Position numbers and translations under genes: made by a program. The notes under the pieces were generated by a model that saw nothing but the letters and a program-made list of their open reading frames with translations, was not told where the DNA came from and did no database searches. A stretch of DNA of 47,685 nucleotides from the IMG/VR virus record IMGVR_UViG_2541047696_000007; one strand, written 5' to 3'. The DNA is from a virus. Taxonomy: Duplodnaviria > Heunggongvirae > Uroviricota > Caudoviricetes. Positions 1 through 14,580 of the stretch are shown here, one piece after another; position 1 is the first letter of the stretch; each line of letters opens with the position of its first letter.

Positions 1-1284
1 TTACAGACTTCTTGAAGGTTGCGCAGCTGTTACAACACGCGGTTGATCTTCCGCGGCATCTTCCAGTGCACTTAAATCACGGTCTCTCACTTCTGGCATT
101 TTCAGCGCAGAGATTAAACCAATCACTGAATATGCCATGATCATAATGGCGATCGGATACCAGGATTCCGTCATGGTGCAGAAAATACCCGCCAGGATAG
201 GACCAAAACCGGAAGCGATAAGACCACCAATTTCTTTAGAAATCGCCATCCGGGTAAAGCGGTTTTTACAGCCGAACATTTCTGCCATGGTAATGTTTTC
301 CAGAGCAAATAATCCCAGCACCGCACAGTTATGAATCACAATCAGTGCAACCATAATGGTGCTCGGGGCATAGCTTTTATCTACGATGATAGAAAGCATT
401 GGCCACGCCAGCACAATCGCAGAGGTATTCATAATAATATACGGGATCCGGCGACCTATTTTATCGGATAACCAACCAAGGAACGGAATGGTCATAAAGC
501 CGAGAATCGAACTGATCATCAATGCATCTGTTGGAATTGCTTTGTTAAACAATAACGTCTGCACTAAATAGCCTGCAAGGAAAGTCTGAATTAAACCGGA
601 GTTACCAGCCTGACCAAAACGCAGCCCTGTTGCCAGCCAGAAGGATTTGCTCTGGAACATGCTACCAGCAGGTGCAGGTTTTGCTGTCGGTTGGTTGCTG
701 TCGTTAACCTTCTCAAAGACCGGGCTTTCTTTCAGATTCATACGCAACCAGATAGCAAAGACCATCACGACAACGCTCGCCAGGAACGGTATACGCCATC
801 CCCACGCAAGCAGTTCCTCTTTACTGAGAATGAAGAACATAAAGGCCCAGATTGCCGTTGCGCTCAAGGTTCCGCAGTTAGTCCCCATAGCAACAAATGA
901 GGAGATAATTCCGCGCTTACCTTTTGGTGCATATTCCGCCAGCATCGTGCCGGCACCGGAAATTTCCGCGCCTGCCCCCAGCCCCTGAATAATACGCAGC
1001 GTCACCAGCAAAATTGGCGCAAACACACCAATTTGTGCATAGGTCGGCAGCACACCAATTAAGGTAGTACAGATCCCCATCATAGTGATGGTAATAAAGA
1101 GCACTTTTTTACGCCCGATTCTGTCGCCCATTTTGCCGAAAATAAATGCTCCGACAATACGCGCCACATAACCTGCACCGTAGGTTCCCATTGCCAGAAT
1201 TAACGCCATTGCCGTTGATGATTCAGGAAAAAATATTTCATGAAACACTAACGCTGCGCCGAGCGAATATAACTGGAAATCCAT
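1..1284 (-). CDS. ydfJ: MFS transporter (YdfJ-like), probably 5'-truncated at the prophage junction
   Basis: 427-aa ORF with many hydrophobic helices and the MFS loop motif GDRIGRKK; an in-frame stop lies two codons upstream of the ATG and the first helix appears missing. Gene name is from memory of the K-12 Qin locus. Confidence 0.6.
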   Translation of the reverse strand: MDFQLYSLGAALVFHEIFFPESSTAMALILAMGTYGAGYVARIVGAFIFGKMGDRIGRKKVLFITITMMGICTTLIGVLPTYAQIGVFAPILLVTLRIIQGLGAGAEISGAGTMLAEYAPKGKRGIISSFVAMGTNCGTLSATAIWAFMFFILSKEELLAWGWRIPFLASVVVMVFAIWLRMNLKESPVFEKVNDSNQPTAKPAPAGSMFQSKSFWLATGLRFGQAGNSGLIQTFLAGYLVQTLLFNKAIPTDALMISSILGFMTIPFLGWLSDKIGRRIPYIIMNTSAIVLAWPMLSIIVDKSYAPSTIMVALIVIHNCAVLGLFALENITMAEMFGCKNRFTRMAISKEIGGLIASGFGPILAGIFCTMTESWYPIAIMIMAYSVIGLISALKMPEVRDRDLSALEDAAEDQPRVVTAAQPSRSL

Positions 1285-2069
1285 AATTCACAGGTGTTTT
1301 TTCCCATCCTGTGGTTTCCTTGGCGTTTTCTAGGTTTTTTCAGATAGTTGCATTTTTTAAAAAGCATCCTAAGTTCGATCTCAGTGTCTATCTGGGGCCT
1401 ATTTCTGTCCCATATATGCCCCAAAAAAACTCCCCAACAGATAAGTAGTTTTTTCATGGATTTATGCGTAAAATCAAGAACGGCTGGAAATCATTCAATA
1501 CTCACACTATCGAAAAATTTACCAGCCAACCGCAGCACGTTCTTGCATAAGGCGTGTCTGCGGTTTTTCAACTATTCAGATACATCACTCCCATCACATT
1601 CATTCCTCCGCATCAAAGGCATATAGGCTATATCACCTTGATATTTTTCTTCTTCAGATAAAAACTGTTATCTATGTATACTTTTAAACCCAATCCGTGT
1701 AGAGTCTCTGCATAAGATAGTTTGCAGTTGCCGCTTCAGCTTGCGCCATAAACCGCCTGATTTTTGCTGCCACCTGTTAGCATTCCTGTATACCTGAAAC
1801 GACAATGTTTATCTACGAACTTTAAGAACACCCAAGATAAAAATTGTCAACTATATCATATATAACACATTACTAATTCGAGGCTATATGAACAGCATAC
1901 TGATAATCACTTCTCTCCTTATCATATTCAGCATTTTTAGTCATGCCCTAATAAAATTAGGGATTGGCATATCCAATAACCCAGACAAAACCGATGTATA
2001 AGCCAACATATCCTGAATCAGACATACAATATCGCAATGAAAATCAATAATATTTTAAGGAATATCTTC

Positions 2070-2303
2070 ATGAAATCAAAAGACACCCTAAAGTGGTTCC
2101 CTGCGCAGCTTCCTGAAGTAAGAATTATCCTAGGGGATGCTGTAGTGGAAGTAGCAAAACAGGGAAGACCTATCAATACCAGAACATTGCTTGATTACAT
2201 TGAAGGAAACATAAAGAAAAAATCATGGCTGGATAACAAAGAATTATTACAAACAGCGATATCAGTTCTTAAAGACAACCAAAATTTAAATGGTAAAATG
2301 TAA
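2070..2303 (+). CDS. ydfK: small cold-shock-inducible protein, YdfK/YnaE family
   Basis: 77-aa product starting MKSKDTLKWFPAQLPEV, recognised from memory as YdfK-like; start taken at the internal ATG of track ORF 2037-2303. Confidence 0.55.
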   Translation: MKSKDTLKWFPAQLPEVRIILGDAVVEVAKQGRPINTRTLLDYIEGNIKKKSWLDNKELLQTAISVLKDNQNLNGKM

Positions 2304-2619
2304 TATAATAAACTTACTTTTTTATCATTTTTCCACTTTAACAACATTTTGCTCCACTTTTCCACGACCAAACAACTTGAAATCTGGTTAAAATAACACG
2401 CAACACTATTCTTCTTCCTTGAGTCCGCCCGGAACTCGAAAAACAAACCGAGTTAAAGCCATTTTTCACAAAATCGATTTTGGGTCTCACCAAAATTACG
2501 GGGTTGCATACGCATTCGTTTATTTTCGAACGTGTACATACAAATATGTACAAAAATAATCAAAATTATTTTCTGAGATGCATTATGATATGAACACCAA
2601 TTTCGTATAGAATCTCACT

Positions 2620-3210
2620 ATGTCTCGAATTTTTGCTTACTGTCGGATATCAACGCTGGATCAGACCACCGAAAATCAACGCCGGGAAATCGAAAGTGCA
2701 GGTTTTAAAATCAAACCTCAGCAAATAATCGAAGAACACATTAGCGGCTCAGCAGCAACCAGTGAGCGTCCTGGTTTTAACCGGTTGCTTGCTCGCCTGA
2801 AATGTGGTGATCAATTGATTGTGACAAAACTGGATCGCCTTGGTTGTAATGCAATGGATATCAGGAAAACAGTGGAACAACTGACCGAAACAGGTATCAG
2901 AGTGCATTGCTTAGCATTGGGGGGCATTGACCTGACCAGTCCAACAGGAAAAATGATGATGCAAGTAATTTCAGCAGTCGCTGAATTTGAACGAGACCTT
3001 TTACTTGAACGCACTCATTCCGGGATAGTAAGAGCCCGCGGCGCAGGGAAACGTTTTGGTCGACCACCTGTGTTAAATGAAGAACAGAAACAGGTGGTAT
3101 TCGAACGAATTAAGTCAGGTGTAAGTATAAGTGCCATTGCCCGGGAATTCAAAACCTCGCGGCAAACCATTTTAAGAGCCAAAGCAAAACTTCAGACACC
3201 TGACATATAA
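2620..3210 (+). CDS. pinQ: serine recombinase, DNA invertase (Pin/Gin/Hin family)
   Basis: 196-aa ORF with N-terminal resolvase/invertase catalytic region (YCRISTLDQ, catalytic Ser) and C-terminal HTH; lies next to tail-fibre genes as in e14/Qin. Symbol inferred from context. Confidence 0.85.
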
Positions 3211-3307
3211 AAAATAATCTCGGTGTGAGATGCTTTACGTCTTCCAAGCCCCCTTCCTTGCCGTAAATGGAAAGATACATCTAATTATAGAATTTATATG
3301 TTTTACC

Positions 3308-3883
3308 CTACGGCAGTGCTGGCCATTCAATATCCTGTGCAGTTGACGTATCAACACGGTTCAGCAATACCCGATACTTTTTCCATGCTTCCAGCAACGA
3401 GATTTCTTCCTCCGTTGCAATTTCCAGATCTGCAGCATCCTGAAGCGGCGCAATATGCTCACTGGCTACCTGCATCAGGTTGTTTTTTGTTTCTTCCGCC
3501 TCCCGGATCCGGAACAGTTTTTCTGCTTCCGTATCCTTCACCCAGGCTGTGCCGTTCCACTTCTGAAACTCCCCTTCCGGGGATAACCAGGTGACATTTT
3601 CCGGTAATGGGCCAAGTTCAGAAATAAATAACGCGTCGCCGGAAGCCACGTCATAGACGGTTTTACCCCGATGATCTTCAACGAGATGCCACGATGCCTC
3701 ATCACTGTTGAAAACAGCCACGAAGCCAGCCGGAATATCTGGCGGTGCAATATCGGTACTGTTTGCTGGCAGACCTGTATGAGGCGGAATATATGCGTCA
3801 CCTTCACCAATAAATTCATTAGTTCCTGCCAGCAGATTATAAATTTTTATGGTCCGTGGTTGTTCACTCATTCTGAATGCCAT
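3308..3883 (-). CDS. tfaQ: tail fibre assembly protein (Tfa)
   Basis: 191-aa ORF immediately downstream of and overlapping the side tail fibre gene; sequence recognised as lambdoid Tfa-like. Confidence 0.8.
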   Translation of the reverse strand: MAFRMSEQPRTIKIYNLLAGTNEFIGEGDAYIPPHTGLPANSTDIAPPDIPAGFVAVFNSDEASWHLVEDHRGKTVYDVASGDALFISELGPLPENVTWLSPEGEFQKWNGTAWVKDTEAEKLFRIREAEETKNNLMQVASEHIAPLQDAADLEIATEEEISLLEAWKKYRVLLNRVDTSTAQDIEWPALP

Positions 3884-6804
3884 TATGCAAGCCTCACAAT
3901 GTAGTTAAATGCGATGTTTTTGACAGTGTTTTCCGCGTTACCAGCAGCGTTAACGGTGATGGTGTGTCCATGTGAGCCAATCGCAACAGAGTGCGTATGA
4001 GCACCAATACCGACAGTATGTGCGTGAGCACCTGCAGATGCAGCTGTGCCGCTGACACTATGAGTGTGCGCTCCTGCAGCACTTGTATTCACACTGGCCG
4101 CAGACACTACCTTATGTACTGACCCATTTTGTGACCACTGGCTGACTGCTGATGCGCCTGTGACACTATGAGTATGGTTTCCGGCACTTGCGGCTGTACC
4201 GCTCACACTGTGCGTATGCGCCCCGGTGTTATTCGTGGATTTAGTGCCGTAATCAAACGACGATGTGGTTTTCGTCCCCAAATCCGTACTGGATGCACTG
4301 GCGCTGTGGGTGTGCGATTTAATGCCGTCCTGTTCCTGAGACAATACGGCCCGACCACTGGCAGGTTTGCCCTTAATCGTCCAGCCACGCATATCAGGGA
4401 TCACGCCTGACGGATAAGCGGTTGCAAGTTTCGGGTAAGCGGATTTGTCAAAAGTCTGCCCCTGCATCAGGGCATAACCAGACGGAACGGTATCTGATGG
4501 CCACGGGATTGGTGCGCCAGGCGGATAAAACTGCTCTGATGGCGTATAGAGTGAATAAACTGTACCGTCCGTTAACCCTTCCGGCTTATTAGCAGAATAT
4601 GCTGGTGACGTATGAATAGTCACGCTGGCATTACTGGTATAATCCCATTGAATATTTACACCAGTCGCATAATTTCCGATTGCAACGTAAATATCGTAAG
4701 TATCACCAGATGTATTGACCCAGGCAAAATTTGTAAACCCTGTCGATGTGCGCTGCCATAAAGCACCAGTAATCCCCTTCGGATTACCATTACCTGCACG
4801 CAAAACAAGTTCAGATATACCTGCCTGTTGAGGTGACCCCACGTTAAATCCCGCGCCACCAATCAACGTAATTGAAACAACAGAACTCGCCTGTGGCATG
4901 GTTACCGTTGCTAATTTGAACCAACCAGCACCACCGCTGAATGACATTGTTGTTGAGTTAAGCGTACCAATATCTTTCGGCGTCAGTGTTATATCCGCTG
5001 AAAGCGCCTTACCATTCACCTTACGGGCAGAAGGTACCCGACCATTCGCATTATCATTAGCTGCTTTCACTGCTTTCGGTGTCGCGGCAAGCGTTTCAGA
5101 TGCGCTGTTGGTTGCACTACTGAGCTGGACAATTCCTTTTTGTGCTGTCGTAGCGTCCTGAGCAGTATATTTCCCGTTAGCAAGGTCATAGGCTGCCTTT
5201 ACCGACTTTGGCGTTGCCGCCAGCATTTCAGATGTGCTGTTGGTCGCGCTGCTGAGCTGAACTATCCCTTTTTGTGCTGTCGTTGCATCCTGTGCGGTGT
5301 ATTTCCCGTTAGCCAGCTCATACGCGGCCTTAACGGCTTTTGGCGTTGCCGCCAGTGACTCGGAAGTGCTGTTAGTCGCACTGCTGAGCTGTACTATCCC
5401 CTTTTTCGTCGTGCTCGCATCCTCAAGCGCCACGGCGGATGCAATATCCTCTGCCCGTTTTGCCGCTGTCTCGGCGCGCGTTGCCGCGGATTCCGCCGTA
5501 CTTTTGCTCTGAGCTGCCGCCGTCGCACTGCCAGCTGCCTCTGTCGCCTTCGTGGATGCCGTCGTGGCGCTGCCCTTTGCTGCTGACGCCTGTCTGGTCG
5601 CCTCATCTTTTGAAGCAGACGCAGATGATGCCGATGACGCCGCCGAACTGGCGGACGATGCGGCAGCCGTTTTTGAGGATTCTGCGCTGGTTTCCGACGC
5701 TTTCGCGTTCGTCTCGGATGTCTTCGCTGCGGAAGCAGACCTCGCTGCTGCGCTGGCCTGTTCAGTGGCTTCGCCAGCCTTCGTTGTGGCTGTTGAAGCG
5801 GACGATGCGGCGCTTTCTGCCGATTTTCCGGCAGCGGTGGCACTGGCTGAGGCCTGCCCGGCACTTGTTGACGCGGCACTGGCAGACGACGCAGCCGCTG
5901 TTTTTGAGCCTGCCGCAGCTGAGGCGCTCTGTCCCGCTGCCGTCTCAGAAGACCTGGCGTTCGTCTCGGACGTTTTTGCCGCCTTCGCGGAATTTGCTGC
6001 CGCCGTTGCCGAGGAAGCTGCGCTACTGGCGCTCGAGGATGCGTTCGTTTCTGATGATTTTGCCGCCTCTTTTGAAGCCGACGCATCCCGGGCTGAGGTG
6101 GCAGCTTCTGACGCTTTCGTGGTCGCGGTGGATGCAGAAGTGGCGGCTGATTGTTGTGACGCTGCAGCATTCGTTTCTGACGTTTTCGCGGCAGCGGCAC
6201 TGGTAGCTGCCGCGCTTTTTGAGGACTCTGCAGCGGCAGCACTTTTTTCCGCTTCAGTGGCCTTTGTTGATGCCGTTCCTGCGCTGGAAGACGCTGACTG
6301 AGCCGACGAAGCGGCCTGTCCGGCTGACGTGCTGGCTGCACGTGCTGAATCTGCAGCATCAGTCGCATGGGTTGCCGCCTCACGGGCAGATGTGCCGGCA
6401 TCACTGGCTGACTTCTTCGCGGCTGCCGTGTTCTGTGCCACCACGGACGCGTTACGCGCCACCTCTTCCACCATCTGTTCAAAACGGCGCAGTGCCTCCG
6501 GACGGGCATCATCCTCCGTCATGGCACCGAGAAAATCATTCAGCGTACCGGGTTGAGAATCTTCATACACGGTGATGGTCCCGGCATGTGACGGCGGGAA
6601 TCCTTCCACCAACAGAATAACGCTGTACTGCCCGTACTCAACGTCCATGCTGTAACGCCCGGCTTCATCCGGATTTTCTGAGGCCAGCGTGTTCACCACC
6701 ACCGTGGTGCTGTTACGTTTTGCTTTCAGCTGGATTGTGCAGTTCTGTACCGGTTTTCCTGTGCCGTCTTTCAGTACACCTGAAATCTTTACTGCCATAT
6801 TCAC
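3883..6804 (-). CDS. stfQ: side tail fibre protein (Stf)
   Basis: 973-aa ORF; lambda Stf-like N-terminus ([26 protein letters not shown]), long Ala/Ser/Thr-rich region, three tandem ~42-aa repeats ([15 protein letters not shown]...), and Gly/His-rich C-terminus ([13 protein letters not shown] repeats). Confidence 0.85.
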   Translation of the reverse strand: MNMAVKISGVLKDGTGKPVQNCTIQLKAKRNSTTVVVNTLASENPDEAGRYSMDVEYGQYSVILLVEGFPPSHAGTITVYEDSQPGTLNDFLGAMTEDDARPEALRRFEQMVEEVARNASVVAQNTAAAKKSASDAGTSAREAATHATDAADSARAASTSAGQAASSAQSASSSAGTASTKATEAEKSAAAAESSKSAAATSAAAAKTSETNAAASQQSAATSASTATTKASEAATSARDASASKEAAKSSETNASSSASSAASSATAAANSAKAAKTSETNARSSETAAGQSASAAAGSKTAAASSASAASTSAGQASASATAAGKSAESAASSASTATTKAGEATEQASAAARSASAAKTSETNAKASETSAESSKTAAASSASSAASSASSASASKDEATRQASAAKGSATTASTKATEAAGSATAAAQSKSTAESAATRAETAAKRAEDIASAVALEDASTTKKGIVQLSSATNSTSESLAATPKAVKAAYELANGKYTAQDATTAQKGIVQLSSATNSTSEMLAATPKSVKAAYDLANGKYTAQDATTAQKGIVQLSSATNSASETLAATPKAVKAANDNANGRVPSARKVNGKALSADITLTPKDIGTLNSTTMSFSGGAGWFKLATVTMPQASSVVSITLIGGAGFNVGSPQQAGISELVLRAGNGNPKGITGALWQRTSTGFTNFAWVNTSGDTYDIYVAIGNYATGVNIQWDYTSNASVTIHTSPAYSANKPEGLTDGTVYSLYTPSEQFYPPGAPIPWPSDTVPSGYALMQGQTFDKSAYPKLATAYPSGVIPDMRGWTIKGKPASGRAVLSQEQDGIKSHTHSASASSTDLGTKTTSSFDYGTKSTNNTGAHTHSVSGTAASAGNHTHSVTGASAVSQWSQNGSVHKVVSAASVNTSAAGAHTHSVSGTAASAGAHAHTVGIGAHTHSVAIGSHGHTITVNAAGNAENTVKNIAFNYIVRLA
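5040..5412. repeat. three tandem ~126-bp direct repeats inside stf
   Basis: Near-identical nucleotide units visible in 5100-5400, encoding the repeated [12 protein letters not shown]...[27 protein letters not shown] peptide; coordinates approximate. Confidence 0.7.
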
Positions 6805-6862
6805 CCCACAAAAAAGCCCGCCTGAACCGGCGGGCTGTCATAACACTGTGTTACCTGGCTAA

Positions 6863-7462
6863 TCAGAACTTATAACCGACACCCACGATGAAACCGTCAG
6901 TGCGCCAGTCGCCACTGCCGGAGCCTTCATAAGCAATATCAATGGCCACGGATTCGGTCGGGTTAAACTGCACGCCAGCTCCCCACGCCAGAGACGTGTT
7001 GCTGTGGCGACCGTCATCACTTCCGGTCAGCACGTCGTGCGTTTTCCCCTTGTTGTCAGTTACGCGGAGATAATCCCCGGAGAAAGTCGACACACGGCTG
7101 TAAGCCATACCCGCCATCGCATACGCGCTGAACCATTCATTCACGCGCACAGACGGCCCCACCATCACGCTGAACCAGCGGTTACGCACGGAATCTTCAT
7201 GCCAGCGGGTATCGCTGTAACGGGTAAGCTGGCGATTCTTGTCTCCTGCATAGCTGAATGACGTCACCAGCCCCAGTGTGTCCGTAAACTCATAACGGTA
7301 TTTCACGTTAATCCCGTTCAGATCATCACTGCCGGGAACGTTCGTCCGGGCATGAAGATACCCCGCGCTCAGCGTGGACTGATGTTCAGACGCCCATGCA
7401 GGCGCACCGGATACGGCCAGACAAATGGCTGCGGACAAAATGGCGGCATAAAGTTTACGCAT
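6863..7462 (-). CDS. lom: Lom-like outer membrane protein (Ail/Lom/OmpX family)
   Basis: 199-aa ORF with signal peptide ([24 protein letters not shown]) and C-terminal aromatic residue (..GVGYKF) typical of beta-barrel OMPs; position between J and stf as in lambda. Confidence 0.8.
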
Positions 7463-7528
7463 AATTACCTCTCGCTTTTCTGCAATAAAAAAGGCGTCAT
7501 TTCTGACGCCCGTTCTGGGTTATAAAAT

Positions 7529-10930
<3,402 letters not shown>

Positions 10931-10987
10931 TCACGCTCCATAAACGATAAAACCGCCCGGAGGCGGTTTCACATAAAACATTTTGCA

Positions 10988-11635
10988 TCAGCGACCAATC
11001 ACCACAACCTGACCACCATCCCCTTCGTCTGCCGTGCTGATCTCCTGAGAAACCACACGTGACCCCACGCGCATTTCACCGTACAGAACAGGCAGAACAT
11101 TGCCCTGGGCAACCATGTTATCCAGTGAGGAGAAATAGGTGTTCTGTTTGCCGTTATCTGTACTGGCTGCCGTGGGCGTCCTGGCTTTCGGTGCCAGCAT
11201 CTGCGCCACTCCGCCCAGGATCATACTGGCCCCTGCCGCATACATGCCCGATACAGCCGCGGCCCCCAGCCAGCCCACAGGGTTCCACCATGCCACCGCA
11301 ATCAGCGCCGCCCCAAGCACCACCTGAAACACACCGCCACTTTTAGCTCCCGCCAGACGCGGCACGATGTGGATCACGGCACCATTTGCCAGCGGCTCAT
11401 TAAGACGGGCAGATAATTCATTTTCGCCTGCATCACGCCCGGCAATGCGCACCTGATACCAGCCCTCATTCAGTTTCTGACGAAACACCGGGAGCTGTGT
11501 GGCCAGTGCCCGGATGGCTTCAGCCCCCGTTTTCACACGAAGGTCGATACGGCGACCAAATCGTTGCAAATCCCCGTAAAGGCAGATGCGTGCCATGCCC
11601 GGTGACGCCAGAGGGAGTGTGTGCGTCGCTGCCAT
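10988..11635 (-). CDS. I: tail assembly protein I
   Basis: 215-aa ORF, sequence (MAATHTLPLASPGMARICLYGDLQRFGRRIDLRVKTGAEAIRAL...) recognised as near-identical to lambda gpI. Confidence 0.9.
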   Translation of the reverse strand: MAATHTLPLASPGMARICLYGDLQRFGRRIDLRVKTGAEAIRALATQLPVFRQKLNEGWYQVRIAGRDAGENELSARLNEPLANGAVIHIVPRLAGAKSGGVFQVVLGAALIAVAWWNPVGWLGAAAVSGMYAAGASMILGGVAQMLAPKARTPTAASTDNGKQNTYFSSLDNMVAQGNVLPVLYGEMRVGSRVVSQEISTADEGDGGQVVVIGR

Positions 11636-12276
11636 TTGTCGGTGTACCTCTCTCGTTTACTCAGTTGTTCAGGAATATGGTGCAGCAGCTCGCCGTCGCC
11701 ACAGTAAATGGCGGCATGATTCGGCACCGATGAACCAAAACAGCACAGCAGCACATCGCCCGGCTGGGCCGCTGACAACGGCACCTGATACAACCCCGTT
11801 GCCTCCATATTATCCAGATAGAGATTCTGGCCGTGACGCCACCAGTCATCCCCGCGATGAAAATCCGGCATCTCAATTCCCGCCAGATGGTAAGCGTCCC
11901 GGAACAGCGTGTAACAGTCCGTCACCCCGTGCTCAAAGCGCCGCCCGGTGAGATGCGGCACACAGCGGAATTTATGAATCGCCCCCCGGCAGACCAGCCA
12001 CCACGGCAAATCACTCTGCACCTGCAGCCGCCGGTCGGCCTCACTCAGCCAGGGCAGACCACCGGGGTGGCTGTGGACCAGCGCCACAATCTCTCCCTGC
12101 ATTTCTGCACTCAGCCAGTCCTCCGGCGACATCCGGAAATACGCCTCCGGCTCACCAGAGATATTCACGCAGGGAAAATATCTTTCCCCCTCCGGTGTTC
12201 TCACCACGAAGCCGCACGACTCCGCTGGCGCACATCGCCGGGCGTGCGCCAGAATCGCTGATTCTGTCTGTGTCAT
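11533..12276 (-). CDS. K: tail assembly protein K (JAB/MPN plus NlpC/P60 domains)
   Basis: 247-aa ORF with HSHP JAMM-like motif and a Cys in DCYTLF; overlaps the start of I as in lambda. Confidence 0.85.
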   Translation of the reverse strand: MTQTESAILAHARRCAPAESCGFVVRTPEGERYFPCVNISGEPEAYFRMSPEDWLSAEMQGEIVALVHSHPGGLPWLSEADRRLQVQSDLPWWLVCRGAIHKFRCVPHLTGRRFEHGVTDCYTLFRDAYHLAGIEMPDFHRGDDWWRHGQNLYLDNMEATGLYQVPLSAAQPGDVLLCCFGSSVPNHAAIYCGDGELLHHIPEQLSKRERYTDKWQRRTHSLWRHRAWHASAFTGICNDLVAVSTFV

Positions 12277-12281
12277 GGGAT

Positions 12282-12980
12282 TTACTGCGAAAGTTTGTTA
12301 ATGGAAAGGAAGCCGCCAAAGTTGCCGACGTTATTGCGAAACTTACAGCCGCTCAGGCATTTGCTGCATTTATCCTTCGTGATATCGGACGTCGGCTGGT
12401 CATATTCATCCGCGACAGCCGGACCGTTATAACCGCACTCATCACCGCGATAGGTCCAGGTGCAGGTGTTGGCCAGCATGATGCGCCCCGGAAAAACAGC
12501 ACCATCCGTTTCCGTTGGTGTGGACAACACAAAGGAGGCACTGACCGCGCTCAGTTCGCTGCACTGCTCGATGCGCCAGCGGCTGATCACCTCCTGCTCA
12601 GGATCGGCGTCACTGTTTCCGTTGACGAAGTTCACCGCATCCAGAAAACGGGCGTAAACCTTACGCCTGACCACCGTTCCGCCGACCAGACTCTGCAGAT
12701 CTTCCGCCATCCCGGTGACCATGCCGTGCAGGTTAGAAACCGTCAGTGTCGGACGGGCAGCACTGCCCTTGCCATTCAGTTCAAATCCCGTCCCCTGAAT
12801 GGGGTATGCCTGATACTGCCGCCCCTGCCAGGTAACCGGCTCACCTTTTTCGTTCTGCTCATTACAGAAAAAATAACGTTCACCACCGACCTCTGTCAGA
12901 TCGATTTCCCAGAGCACCACCTGGGCTGACTGAGTGAGGCGTGTCGTCTCATGATGTGTTTCCTGTGGAATATCCTGCAT
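12282..12980 (-). CDS. L: minor tail protein L
   Basis: 232-aa ORF, lambda gpL-like including the C-terminal Cys cluster (DKCSKCLSGCKF). Confidence 0.9.
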   Translation of the reverse strand: MQDIPQETHHETTRLTQSAQVVLWEIDLTEVGGERYFFCNEQNEKGEPVTWQGRQYQAYPIQGTGFELNGKGSAARPTLTVSNLHGMVTGMAEDLQSLVGGTVVRRKVYARFLDAVNFVNGNSDADPEQEVISRWRIEQCSELSAVSASFVLSTPTETDGAVFPGRIMLANTCTWTYRGDECGYNGPAVADEYDQPTSDITKDKCSKCLSGCKFRNNVGNFGGFLSINKLSQ

Positions 12981-12989
12981 CAGAGCCTC

Positions 12990-14579
<1,590 letters not shown>

Positions 14580-14580
<1 letters not shown>

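Noticed and set aside
1248-1626. Two short overlapping ORFs (69 and 92 aa) in the junction between ydfJ and ydfK.
   Set aside because: No ribosome-binding site or family resemblance; region is more likely att-proximal non-coding DNA.
5394-6512. Long ORFs in alternative frames and on the opposite strand across the stf repeat region (372-aa Arg-rich, 255-aa and 249-aa Ala/Asp-rich, and others).
   Set aside because: They fully overlap the well-supported side tail fibre frame and have extreme low-complexity compositions expected from reading a GC-rich Ala/Ser-coding repeat out of frame.
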